From NCBI GenBank assembly GCA_002269645.1, contig NIVC01001719.1:1-46432 (forward strand): DNA of 46,432 bases, given 5' to 3'. The stretch comes from Macrostomum lignano. Lineage: Eukaryota. Of the stretch, positions 10,801 through 23,018 are shown in pieces. A model generated the notes under the pieces. The model had not been told where the DNA came from, made no database searches, and was given only the letters and a program-made list of their open reading frames with translations. Position numbers and translations under genes: made by a program. The first letter of the stretch is position 1; every line of letters starts with the position of its first letter.

Positions 10801-13800
10801 GCGGTACGAGCAGAATGGGTTCCGGCCACGACGTGGTACAGTCACGCAAATTCTGGCGCTCCGGAGAATTATCGAGGAATCGCGCATTCGCCAGTCGGAC
10901 CTTTTCTGTCTGTTCATCGACTTCCTGAAGGCTTTCGACTCGGTGGCTCGAGGCGTGATTCCACTAGTTCTCCGAGCCTACAACGTGCCAGAGAAACTGA
11001 TTGCAGCAGTGATGGCGCTCTACCACGACACGCACGCTGCTGTGATCACACCTGACGGCCTTTCCGACTTCTTCACCACCTCATCCGGAGTCCTGCAAGG
11101 AGACACCCTCGCTCCCTTCCTGTTCATCCTCATCTTGGACTGGGTGCTGCGGACAGGACTACCGGACAACTCGGACGGCTACATCCTATGCAGGCGAACG
11201 AGCAGCCGGCACCCGGAGAAGCGGCTGGCAGTCCTCGGATATGCTGATGACCTCGCCCTGCTGGCATCCACTGCTGCTGGTGCTCAACGCCTCCTCGACG
11301 GCCTAGCTGCTGCCGCTGCGAAGGTTGGCCTTAAGATCAACGCCAAGAAGACGGAGGTCCTGACTGTGCCAGCCGATCTGCCAGCGGTCATCCGCCTTCC
11401 CAGCATGGACAGCGCAACGGCAGCACCGCTCCCCCGATGTGAGCAGTTCCGGTACCTTGGTGGTCTCGTGCCCAGCGTCCAGGAGGACCTGCGGCGTCGC
11501 AGAGGGCTTGCGTGGGCGGCTTTCCGCTCAGTGCGCATCGTGCTCCAAAGCGACGCCCTGCCAGACCAGCTGAGAACCAGACTGTTCCAGGCGGTGGTGG
11601 AAACGGTGCTCTTCTACAACGCCGAGACCTGGACCATGACGGATGTGCTGGAGCGCCAGCTGGACGCGGCGCACTCCAGCCTGCTGCGCGCTGCCTTCAG
11701 CGTGCACCGTCACGCCGAACACGTCACCAACCAGGCTCTCTACCAGCGGGCCAAGCTGAGCCCTCCCAGCGTGACCCTGCGACAGCGCCGCCTGAAGCTG
11801 GCGGGCCACGTCATTCGCGCCGAGTCCTACTGCCCGGAGCCGCTGCAGGAGGTCTTGCTGTACACGCAGCAGGGCCCGTTCCGGCGGGGGCAGGCGCGGA
11901 CCCGGAGGTTCGTCGACTGTCTGACAGAAGACGCCAGGGCGCCTGATCAGATCAATGGCGCTACCTTCATCAGAGACTGCGCAGCTAAGCGTGCTTTTTG
12001 ACAATGTCCCCCCCTTTCCTGACCACTTGTGGCCGGTGGCCATTGTATTTATTGTATTGTATTGTATTCTTAAATGAAAGCCGAACAGCAACTAAAAAAT
12101 ACTTTGCAAGCTTTGCAACTTTTAACCCAATAACATATATGGCCGCAATACTTACCCCCAGGAGCGCATCAATGTCGAATGTGTCAAAAACATTGTCGTC
12201 AGATGTGCTTGTCCGGTCTCCTTGAGGCAGGTGTTGGAGTGGTTCGCGTCGGAGTGGCTCACTCTGAATTTCGATACCGAGAGCCGTACCTTCCTTCCAG
12301 GCTTGCAGCACGTACTCCAAGAGCGATATTCGCCTGTTAAATTCAGTCATCCCTACGGATGACGCGACCTGCGCCAGTTCGATGCAAACTGAGTGAGCCT
12401 TGCGAAATTTCTGCGTCTCCGTCAAAACCCGCTTCTCCTTTTTCTCAGTCGTATGGACAGTAACGGAGCTGTCGGTTGATGGCATTTCTGTCACGGAAAG
12501 CCAGTAACGTTGCAGCCACCTCTGTGGAACTAAGTTCTCATGAAACAATGGAAGGAGCTCCTGCTCCCTGAGTCGCAGAATATGCCTGCATGGCAGCAGA
12601 AAAGCATTAAAAGCGGCGCACTGGCACGACTGCCTGGTAACTGAAAGAATGCCTTCCCGGTTTTTTGACAGTCCATCATTGACAGTAGTTGATGAAATGT
12701 GCCCAGCTTCCTTCTGAACATGTGCAAAGGCATACGGTGTGAGTACTCGGTAGTATGAGTACAGAAAACTTGTGCGCGGCGGCGGTGGCATTGGTCTGTT
12801 CAGTGCATCAAATGATTGATGATTCAGCTCCTCGTCGGTTGCTCGAAGCACGAGGAGAAGGTCGCCAACGAAGGACGTCATCTCTGCATTGCGCCCAGTG
12901 ACACCTTTCACCCGTCGATGGAAGCTTTCTAGTCGCTGAGTACCGGTCAAGCCAATGTTCATGCTGAGCTTTGTGTAGCACCACGCCCACTGTTGCCTGC
13001 AGCCATACCAGTTTTTGTCGAAATACTCCATAAATCTCGGCGATCCCAAATGCTGCAGTTCGCTGTAAAGGCTTTCAAACTTCGCTTGCGTTGCTGAGTG
13101 GACCATTTTTTGGAGATTCTCAATGATTGCATTTTTCTGAGATGCCGTGATGCCCATTTGGCTTTCCGTCACCTGGCGCCTGAAGGTGCGTAAAACGTGA
13201 AATTGACATAAATTTGCCTCGGCATTCGAGAAACACTGAGTCAGTATTTTCAGCGCTGTCAAATCTTTATCAACTAACAGGGATCGGACCTTGTCACATG
13301 ATTTAAAAGTACGTTGAAAAAAATTTATAGCAGTAGTCACAGTATCTGCTTCTTCATTTGCCGTTAGAATGACTGCCACTACTCGACTATTGCCATTACC
13401 ATCAACAACCATCGGCAAGAACAGTGGCATATTACGGTTGTTGACCTTATAGGTAGCGTCAAAAATCAGAACTTCTGGATATGCTTCGAAAATGCGCACC
13501 ATTGCCTCCGATTGATATACGATGGCTGAGATTACGCCGCCTGATTCCTGTACCTCTACCGTTGCGCCTGGCACACTTTGCAGCTGCTCCACAATTGTGA
13601 TTACGGGATTTGCACCCTTCTTAGCCTCGCGCAGCTGATTCCGTAGGTTTTGCACATCGGAATTTGATACGATCTTTCCGGTATTCTCCATTAAATAACT
13701 TTTAACTTTTGTAACATTGGCTCCAACATCCAGCATTAACTTGGCACGTTCGCGAGCATCCTCGGGGAGCTTGCGCTGCTTCCTGGTATGGCGAAAAGCC

Positions 13801-15513
13801 TCCGGTACAATTGTATGGTTATGTTCAGATGACATGGACAGTACAACAAGTTTGTCACCTGTGCCATTTGCATGAATTACAATCTCAAATGGGCAGTTCT
13901 GCCGATGGGATGTGTGGGAATAAAAAATATGCTGCAATGATTCTATGATCGCTATTACTTCTATCGAATCCGTCTAATCAATGAATAAATCTTGAATGCT
14001 AACGAGTGCATCAATGTAGAGATGACGCACTGCTTTCGAGTGTAGCAACGACCTAGGCACGAGTGCGCGGAGCGCACGAGTGATTTCGGCCATAGATGCA
14101 CGAGTGAGCGTTCATGATTTCCATTCTTGTTTGAGCCATTCCTGCTCGAAAGATAGACTAGAGTGGGAAGAATGTGCAGAAGCGGGGTGTGTGGCGTGTG
14201 GGGGTGTGGGAGCGAAGCCTCCACTATTGACCGATAGGTTTAGCCATAGACAAATGTGTACAAGCGTAATTCAATGCCATAGACATTGATAAAATTAAAG
14301 CTGTGCCTGGATGGAATGGATCAGGTTTTTTCCTGCGACCGAGGCCGCGTGTAGGCTCCGATGGCCTGTGGTACACAAAACAGGCAATTGTATCAATACG
14401 CTAGGACCTATGTTAAAGCGCGCATGTCTGCTAGTGCCGAGCTGTCGCGACCCTATACAGCGCATTGTGTACGGCCTACTGTAGGGAGCTACACGAATTG
14501 CTGGAATTCCGACAGATTACTATCACGAAGGTGACTGGGCACAACGTAATTTCCAAATTTATATAATTATCTAGTTAAAACAACTGGTGTCATCCTATTA
14601 AATTATCTAAAAATCATACATGTTCCATTATTGATTTACAGATAAGTACATCGGTCAAGGAAGCTAGAGAGGGCATCATGGCCAAGATGAGCAACCACTT
14701 GACAGAGGCTCTCGTCGGGCATACATGTACGCCATCAATTGAAGGAACTATACCGGCAACGGGTCGGCCGAAATAGTGGAAATATCTGAGCAGACTTTTA
14801 GCACAGATTCTGCATTACGAATTGCCGCACTGTCAAAAAATCTGAAGATTTTTGCCGGCGGCACCAACAACATTGTGCAATTTACTTTTGAGTAAGGCCT
14901 TGACGCTCTGGGCAGTTGTGTATTTGACATATTGCTTAATTTCTGTATTTTATATAGTTGTGTCCCGATCGTTTCTGTAGCTACTAACTGTTACTAACTG
15001 TTGTCATACATAATTAAATAAACGAGTAAAATGTGTCAGCGTGCAGGAATGCAGCGTTAATGAAATTCGGCCATAGACAATACCATCCTGTGCGGTTTAC
15101 ATGTACATCATTCCCGCACGCTGGCTCAAACAAGAATGTATTTTATATCAGCAAACACTGACCTTTGGTTTGGACGACTTCCTGCGCCCCTAGGTTGATA
15201 GGCACCTGCGTTCTGGCAAACAAACCGAAGATAGGTGTACTGCAATGCTTGTCTACAAATGCAGGAGATGAGAAAAGCAGGTAATCACTTTGACAGTTTT
15301 GAGTAAAGACAATAATTGAGTATGATATTATTTTGCATTATTTTTGGATCAGAATAAAAATACTTACTGAAATTGTCGAGATGGAGCCTTCTTTTTTGCT
15401 TGAACAATAGTTGTAGAATCTCTGATCCTAAGGTTAAAAAAGCTTGCTTTCTCAAAGTCTACAATGGCCTTTTTTAAATCTTCGTAGGAATCAAAAGTTG
15501 CACCTTTCTCCAT
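7470..15513 (-). CDS. Spliced MULE transposase, ~1,070 aa if intact; exons 15513-15368, 15252-15163, ~13931-12156, 8772-7902, 7819-7470
   Basis: Exon 1 [23 protein letters not shown]..; exon 2 ..[27 protein letters not shown]; core FDATY, LVDKD, LCQFH, QRLESFH and [19 protein letters not shown]; then AERLAE repeats, KRRGRPRG and a PHD finger. Three of four junctions are GT-AG and phase-consistent; the exon 2-3 junction phase is unresolved. Confidence 0.85.
7902..8772 (-). CDS. MULE transposase exon with expanded AERLAE repeats and an RGRP (AT-hook-like) motif
   Basis: 871 nt, phase 0 in and phase 1 out; in frame with the core exon once the LINE is removed (..LLG|[14 protein letters not shown]..). 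Confidence 0.8.
8044..8700. repeat. Coding 18-bp minisatellite (CTTCGGCGAGTCGCTCAG)n
   Basis: About 35 units with frame-preserving variant units; encodes AERLAE on the minus strand. Confidence 0.95.
8784..12067 (+). mobile_element. RTE-clade non-LTR retrotransposon, near full length, nested in the MULE
   Basis: 12-bp TSD TCTTAAATGAAA at 8772-8783 and 12068-12079; (ATTGT)n 3' tail; single APE-RT ORF with RTE-like C-terminus [16 protein letters not shown]. Confidence 0.9.
8832..12001 (+). CDS. AP endonuclease plus reverse transcriptase ORF with one 1-bp frameshift near 9204
   Basis: APE motifs [26 protein letters not shown]; RT motifs [44 protein letters not shown]. Restoring one A (gccaaAgat) gives [14 protein letters not shown]. 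Confidence 0.92.
12156..13931 (-). CDS. MULE transposase core exon (DDE domain plus SWIM zinc finger)
   Basis: ORF 11985-13937 contains [27 protein letters not shown] and CxC-x-CxH; GTAAGT donor at 12155 after DALLG. Confidence 0.92.
15163..15513 (-). CDS. MULE transposase exons 1-2 (N-terminal DNA-binding region)
   Basis: ATG at 15513, GTAAGT donor at 15367, TTGTAG acceptor at 15253, GTCAGT donor at 15162; phase 2 matches across intron 1. Confidence 0.7.
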
Positions 15514-15970
15514 ATTTCAGACACAGACAAATTAGCTAGCAGATATATAGATTCAGGCCTTATGCTCTAGACAAATATAGGTCTTTATAATTTAAATTAT
15601 ATAGTACAAATATACTATGCATAGCATATTGCACATTATAAAATATAGAATCTTTGAGATTGTTTTTTAGTTGAAAGAGAAGTTAATTGGAAATTCTATG
15701 TAAAAAAATCAATCGGTACACACGATTTAGGGCTTTATTGAATAATACTACCGTATTTTATATATTATTTGGAGCTAGCTTGCTTGCATCTGAGGTTTAA
15801 ACTACACAAATAAAGACTAATATTATTATAACAAACTTATAGTTGTTTTGTTATCGACATCGTTAGAGTAAGTTCCGTGTTATTTATTTATATAATAAAA
15901 CTTATGTTTCATTTATATATTCTCTAGCATAATAACAATAAATGCGTTAATAAAAAAGTATTATTTCTGT

Positions 15971-16203
15971 CCGCCGTGCACGCAAGCATAGCATTACGTG
16001 CACGGCAGCCGTTCACGTAATTCTTATATTATATGCACGGCCGCCGTGCACGTAAGTAGAACATTACGTGCACGGCAGCCGTTCACGTAATTCTTATATT
16101 ATATGCACGGCCGCCGTGCACGTAAGTAGAACATTACGTGCACGGCAGCCGTTCACGCAATTCTTATATTATATGCACGGCCGCCGTGCACGCAAGCTCT
16201 TCG
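15971..16203 (-). repeat. Right TIR of the MULE (233 bp)
   Basis: Reverse complement of the left TIR with the same 70-bp subunits. Confidence 0.92.
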
Positions 16204-16212
16204 TTATTAATT
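16204..16212. repeat. Right 9-bp target-site duplication of the MULE (TTATTAATT)
   Basis: Identical to 1633-1641; abuts the TIR. Confidence 0.9.
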
Positions 16213-17651
16213 TTAATATTGATTATAGTTTTAAAGAGTGAATTATAAAAATACAACAATTAAACATCCTAAATCTCTTATAATTAAGCAAAAATAAATA
16301 TTAAAAAACATAAATAGTGTACGCCCTATGGATATTATAGTGTATAGAGTACGGTTTTTTGAAGTTTTGGAAATTGTGTTAATGGTCTTGCCCTTTTTGA
16401 CTCTTCTAATTATGTTCTCGTTTACAGCATAACCTAGTCTATAAAGTGTCCTAATCTAAGTCAGTCGTGTCCAAAGAATATCTAGCACTTGGCACTGTTA
16501 CATTGTTACAGCAATGCATTATATCCTGTCATAATGAACTGTCAATGAATCCTAGTGATTCAATTCAGAGTTGTTGTTGAGAGTTCATAAATTTTGATTA
16601 AAACTTCCCAATTTAAAACTTTGCACTTTATTTCACAGAAATTTACATTGATTCAAACAAAGTAAGCAAAAAAGTGTTTCTGCACTGGAAGAAAAAATAT
16701 ATCTCATGATTTTTTATAACGTAAAAAATAGAGTTGTAGCCTATTGGTTACAGCGTTTTGTCTCGACCCAGTCGGAACAATGTGTCCTAAGAAAGACACT
16801 CTGCATGGGTGAAAGCTGGGTGTGTTAGCAATTGTATTAACTTGTATTGTATTGTATTAATTGTATTAATTGTATTAACTGGGGTATTGAGCTGGGTGTG
16901 TGTGGCGACCCCCAGCCCAGCTTGAATTGAACATGCATGCAGCCGCGTACGCCAGATTTTCCCTGCAGATACGCCGCGCGCGCGCGATCTGTCGCGGATT
17001 GCACATCGGCATGGCCCATATGGCAGGTTTTAATAATAATAATTATTATTTACCAACTACTACTATTATTATTCATACGTTCGACAACCGGCCTAGGCTG
17101 CCACCTACTGTACATATGTACATGTATATACAGAAGCTGCCGCGAGTCCTGCCAAGGAGCAAGCCAGCTTCATCCGGGATGCCAGCCGAGTTTCAGATTC
17201 TTGCCGCAAGTTTCAATTGCGATCTCCACCGGCTGCCGGTCGTCAGAATCCTGGCCGAGGTGTCTCCCGACGAGAGTGACTGGAGACTGGCGCTTCTCTG
17301 CCCGCGATGCACCGGAGCGGCAGCAAGTCAGGTGCGAACAGCTGGCGTTCTGTTGGAACTGTTTAAAATGCCACTGATGTCTTGCTCATTGACTCTCTTG
17401 GATGTTTGAAACCCTACCTGCGGTTGACTTGCGCCAAGCAATTCTTGCGCGTCTAACAACTTCAGGATGTTCAAACCCTCTTTAGCTAAATGTACATGTA
17501 CACGTACACGCGCAGCTTACCTGTTGCTCTGTTACTTTATATCATTTTGTTACAATTTATAATATTTATTTTTCCAGAAGCCTCGAGGCAGCTGGTCACA
17601 GCAGCATCAAGAGATTCATCCAAGGTCAGATATGCAGATGCTGTTTGAAAT

Positions 17652-17749
<98 letters not shown>
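17652..17749. repeat. (CTGT)n microsatellite
   Basis: About 24 perfect units. Confidence 0.97.
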
Positions 17750-19377
17750 AGTGTGCCAGCTCTGCCAGCAGACTCAGTGCAGCCGACTGCCCAATCGGTG
17801 CGACAGGGCCATCATATGATGTCATCAGTCGGCGGTGTCGATTCTTCAACATCAATCGTCTCAAATGTACTCTACTGTTTGCTTCTGTAAAATAAAAAAA
17901 TGCACTCTTTTTAAGCTTTTTCTCAACAAAATTGACTGCCATCTCCAACAAAACCCATACCAGCTTCATTTTTGAAATTCAGAATTTTTGAAATCAGCTC
18001 CTAAGAAGCGTAACGTAACAGTGCAGATTTTGCAAATAAAAAAATCTGACATCAATTCCCCATTCAAGCTTATTTACCCCCCCCCCCTGTATCCTCCCAG
18101 CGAAGTGGTCTGGTTGGAATGCGCTGATGCTTCTATCAAATCAACGTATAAGTTGGCAGCGATATAGAGCTTTAATTCAGGCTGGGCTCAGAATGCAAAT
18201 CGAAGGAGCCAGTAAACATCTCCCCTGCAGCAGCCAACCACTCAGCTATCAAATCTCTTTATAGCAATTTTGACACTTCCGAAAAGCAATAAAAAATTAT
18301 TTGCTTTAATAAAAACAAACGGATTACTTTTATAATTAATAATTAATATTTGTATTTTTAGGTTTCAGGAATTGCTGAAAGAAAATCGTCATAATTTTAT
18401 ACAACCCCTTTGAAACTGTAAATATAATAAAGTAATTCACAATATAGCGGCCTGACTTTTAATCATTTATTTGTTTTAGCGCAAGCCTGTGAAAATATTG
18501 AATTCTAAGATGTGTTGCCTATGTGTACCACATGAAACATGTACAGTAATATCATGGATAGTCTTGCTCGTGCTTCACGCCGTGGCTGCAAACCGACTCC
18601 AACTCGACTTCAACACCCGACTGCAGTCATTCTTGAGTGTCCTCGACAGCGCCGCGGCACCCGCTGCTGCTACTGCGCCAGTGCGGAGCCCCTGCTGATC
18701 GCGGATGACCTCGAGCGGCGGCACACCAGCCAGAAACCCGACTGCCAGCTGCTGCGGCTGCTGCAACTTCTTGACAAGCGAACGTCCGCGTTGATCGCCG
18801 ATTCACGCAGATTTGAAGTGCTGTTCAGACAAGTCGAGGACGTCATCAACAATCAGTCTGTGCTGCTTCAATTTGACCTTGGCTGATGCTGCGGCTCGTG
18901 TTTTCCTTGTCTAACTGGTGCCGAACCGCGAGATCTGGAGAGCTGATCCAGCTAGTGAAGCAAGCCAATGCCACCGTGGGCAGCGCAGCCTCCAATCGCT
19001 GTCTGAAACTCGCATCGGTAAATAACGATCCAGTTGAAGATCGACAGCCAATCACCCAATCAGATGGGACTTCATCGGCTTGCGTCGTTGAGTCTCTGAA
19101 CTGTGGTCACTCAGCCAGCCGGACCTCAGCAGCAGCAGCAGTCCGCTCTGCCAGCGGTGCTTCACTCACAACCTGGACCGAGTGACCCTGCCGTGCGCTC
19201 ACTTTTGCTTCTACCGCCGAGCCTTTGACGTTTGACGAGCGGCAGTTTTGTAATTAGATATATTAATCAAAGTTGTCCTTGTTCGGTCTATGAACCAAGC
19301 CTTTAGTCCTGCTTGCCATGTGACACTGCTGTCATTTCTAAGGCCCAGTAGACAGCATTGCTTTTGTTATTCATGTT

Positions 19378-19447
19378 TTTGTTGTTCATTGTTTTTGTTG
19401 TTGTTGTTGTTGTTGTTTTTGTTGTTATTATTGTTGTTGTTGCTGTT
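19378..19447. repeat. Imperfect (TTG)n microsatellite
   Basis: Seen directly in the sequence. Confidence 0.85.
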
Positions 19448-20296
19448 TGTAATTGTTCAAAATGTTTATGGTAATTTACGTTAAGGCAATGACATTCAAG
19501 CAATGACTGGTTATTGTTTGAAATTGATAATGAAGCAATTTACCGGGATAATCATTTGAGAAAACGAATGACTCTATGAGCGTAAAATAAGATAGTCTAT
19601 GGTTGTAAGTGGAGGCTTCGCCCCACACCCCCATTCTCCCTTCCCACTCGGATCTTGATTGACAAATTGACGAGTACCTCTCAAACTAAAAAAAGACAAA
19701 AAACAGAAGACAAGAAAACTTTGATAATGCACGTTAGTACATCCTCCAATCATTTTAATTACGATTTATTAACACGAACTAACCTACGTTACGTTTAAAT
19801 TACACGTGTATTCTTAATAAAGAGCAGATTAAGACTTGAGCAATATAATATTAATGCTTCAATGTGCAGGTGAAAATTATTCATAATTTTATGCACACCG
19901 AATTCTCGCCTAAAAAGCATTACAGCAGAATGAACAATATATCCGAGGACATAAAAGTGCACGCGCGAGTATTTGATTTGCCAATAAAACAGGCAATTAC
20001 ACAGGTAACAATGTAATGTCATGTCTACTACATGTAAATCAGCTTTGACCTGCAGGCACAGGCCAGTAAACTAGAGCATGTTTGAAGACTGGGACGAAAA
20101 ATTTGATGACATTGAAAGCTTTAAAATTGTTTCGCAGGTACAAGTACAATATAATACAGTAGCAGCATGTGTCCTGCAGATGAGGATGAGCAAAGTGCAC
20201 TACTTTCAGCCTACAAAATGAATATGGTACGCAAAATATTCTTTCCATGTGTTAGCTATACTTGTAATGCACTCAGTTTTAAGATCGAGAGTGGGA

Positions 20297-20632
20297 CGCA
20301 GCGGCACTCGCTGAAGGATCAGGGAGGGGACAGCGGCACCCACTGAAGGATCAGGGAGGGGGCAGCGGCACCCACTGAAGGATCAGGGAGGGGGCAGCGG
20401 CACCCACTGAAGGATCAGGGAGGGGGCAGCGGCACCCACTGAAGGATCAGGGGGGGGGCGGGGCAGCGGCACCCACTGAAGGATCGGGGGGCAGCGGCAC
20501 CCACTGAAGGATCAGGGAGGGGGCAGCGGCACCCACTGAAGGATCAGGGAGGGGGCAGCGGCACCCACTGAAGGATCAGGGAGGGGGCAGCGGCACCCAC
20601 TGAAGGATCAGGGAGGGGGCAGCGGCACCCGC
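20297..20632. repeat. 32-bp minisatellite, ~10 copies
   Basis: GGGCAGCGGCACCCACTGAAGGATCAGGGAGG; ends ~55 bp downstream of the scratch stop codon. Confidence 0.93.
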
Positions 20633-20686
20633 TACAGGCAGCCTCTTTCACCAAAGCAGCAATAAGCCGAAATCATAGTTTGGTCA

Positions 20687-22557
20687 CTACACAGCGGTAG
20701 CAGCAGCAGCAGCAGCAGCAGCCGCTGCCGCAGCAGCCACAGCGGAGGTCGCGGAGGTGGAGAAGGCAGCCGTCATGCCCGATGCCGTGAGGAAGCGCTC
20801 CCGCCGCATGCAGGAGCTGTCTGCGTGTTTGCTCAAGTAGCTCTTCAGAGCGAAGCGCTTGCCGCAGCGGCCGCACTGGAATGGCTTGTCCTTGGAGTGC
20901 GTCTGCACGTGAGCCCGCAGGTTGGACTTGTCGGCGAAGGACTTGCCGCACAGGTGGCAGCCGAACGGCCGTTCACCGGTGTGAGTGCGCAGGTGACCTG
21001 GCGGTGGGTGCCAGCGTAGGGATGCTTGGAGCTAGATTTTACTGACGGGATGGAGCGGGAGATCTAGGAGTGAGAGATTTCAATCAGAGCGGGAGGTGAC
21101 ATTTATGAAGAATTTGAATGAGATTTTTGGGTGAAATGAGAGATATGAGAGATGAGATGAGAGGGGAGAGGTGAAAGGAGAGATGAGATGAGGAAGTGAG
21201 ATTTAGGACAGATAGGGGTGAGATCTCAGACAGATTGGAGTGAGCTAGATTTTGGACGAATTGCGGTGAGATTTCGGATGAATTTGGGTGAGATTTTGTA
21301 CGGATTTGGGTGAGATTTCTGACGGATTTGGGTGAGATTTCGGACGGATTTGGGTGAGATTTCGGACGGATTGGGGTGAGATTTCGGACGGATTTGGGTG
21401 AGATTTCGGACGGATTTGGGTGAGATTTCGGACGGATTGGGGTGAGATTTCGGACGGATTCGGTTGGGATTTCGGACGGATTTGGGTGAGATTTCGGACG
21501 GACTGGGGTGAGATTTCGGACGGACTAAGTGAGATTTCGGACGGACTGGGGTGAGATTTCGGACGGACTGGGGTGAGATTTCGGACGGACTGGGGTGAGA
21601 TTTCGGACGGATTTGGGTGAGATTTCGGACATGTTGGGGTGAGATGTCAAATGTCTCACCCTGCAGCAGCCAGGGCCGGCTAAACCGCTTGCCGCAGAAC
21701 TTGCACAGGCAGGGCTGGTTGTGGCTGCGCAGGTGCATGGCGAAGGCCGCCTGGGAGATGTACGCCTTGCAGCAGACGGGGCACTCCCTGGCCGACTCCA
21801 GGCCGTGCCGGTGCTGCTGATGAAGCTGGCAGGAGAGGCGATGCCTGTCCAGATTCCTCTGCGAGCTGAACGACCTGTCGCAGTTCGAGCAGTTCAGCGA
21901 CTGCCGAATTCGCTGCCGCTGGTTCTGAAGCAGCTTCATCGATTCCTCTTCGTCGGCGGCCTCTTCTTGATTGACTGTCGACGAGGTGGTGGACAGCAGC
22001 GAGTGCGACAGCAGCAGGGCGCTGCGCTGCGACGGAGGCGGCGGCGGTGGCGGCGGCGGTTCCAGACGGACGGCTTGAGAAGCCGCGGCGACATCCTCAC
22101 GCTGCAGACTCTGCAGCCAGGGGTTCAGAGAGGACAGGCTGGCCAGACTGAGGGGCGGCTGCTGCTGCTGCTGCTGCTGGAGATGCTGGAACTGCTGATG
22201 AAGCTGAATGTGCAGCTGGCGATATGCAGCTGCCGCTGCCGCTGCTGCTGCGGCTGCTTGCGAATCGACAAGCGGAAACGAAGGGCTGAACAACTGGGGC
22301 GGTTGGTGCGCCTGCGGCTGCTGGCGGGGCTGCTGTGAGAGAAGGCGGCTGATGTCGAAGCTGCTGCCGCTGCCGCTGCCAGGCGTCAGTGCGGGATGGC
22401 GCAGCGGCTGAGGCCGGAGCGGCTCCTGCAGAGAGGCCGGCGGCGGCGGCGGTGGCAGCGGTTGGTACGAAGACGTTGCCGAGCCGAGAGCTGAGGGAGA
22501 AAGAAAGAGAGTGGATGTGGATTAGATAGACAGACATACAGTCAGACAGACAGACAG

Positions 22558-22640
<83 letters not shown>

Positions 22641-22651
22641 TACAGTCAGGC

Positions 22652-22714
<63 letters not shown>

Positions 22715-22791
22715 GACAGACAGACTGACAGACAGACAGACAGTCAGACAGGCAGACAGACAGACAGACAGACAGACACACACACACACAC

Positions 22792-22874
<83 letters not shown>

Positions 22875-22947
22875 CACACACACACACACACACAGACAGA
22901 CAGACTGACAGACAGACAGATAGACAGACAGACACACAGACAGACTC

Positions 22948-23018
<71 letters not shown>

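Larger units (their letters stand above)
1642..16203 (-). mobile_element. Mutator-like (MULE/MuDR) DNA transposon, 14,562 bp, with a nested LINE
   Basis: Both ends read CGAAGAGCTTGCGTGCACGGCGGCCGTGCATAT inward as inverted repeats. Identical 9-bp flanks TTATTAATT at 1633-1641 and 16204-16212; a 9-bp TSD is the MULE hallmark. A MULE DDE/SWIM transposase lies inside. Confidence 0.93.

Noticed and set aside
16832-16880. (TTGTA)n tract resembling the RTE 3' tail
   Set aside because: No upstream RTE homology; more likely a simple repeat.
21226-21659. ORF extension [14 protein letters not shown].. after PWLLQG
   Set aside because: Intronic minisatellite read-through; the GTGAGA donor at 21659 splices in phase to the remaining zinc fingers.
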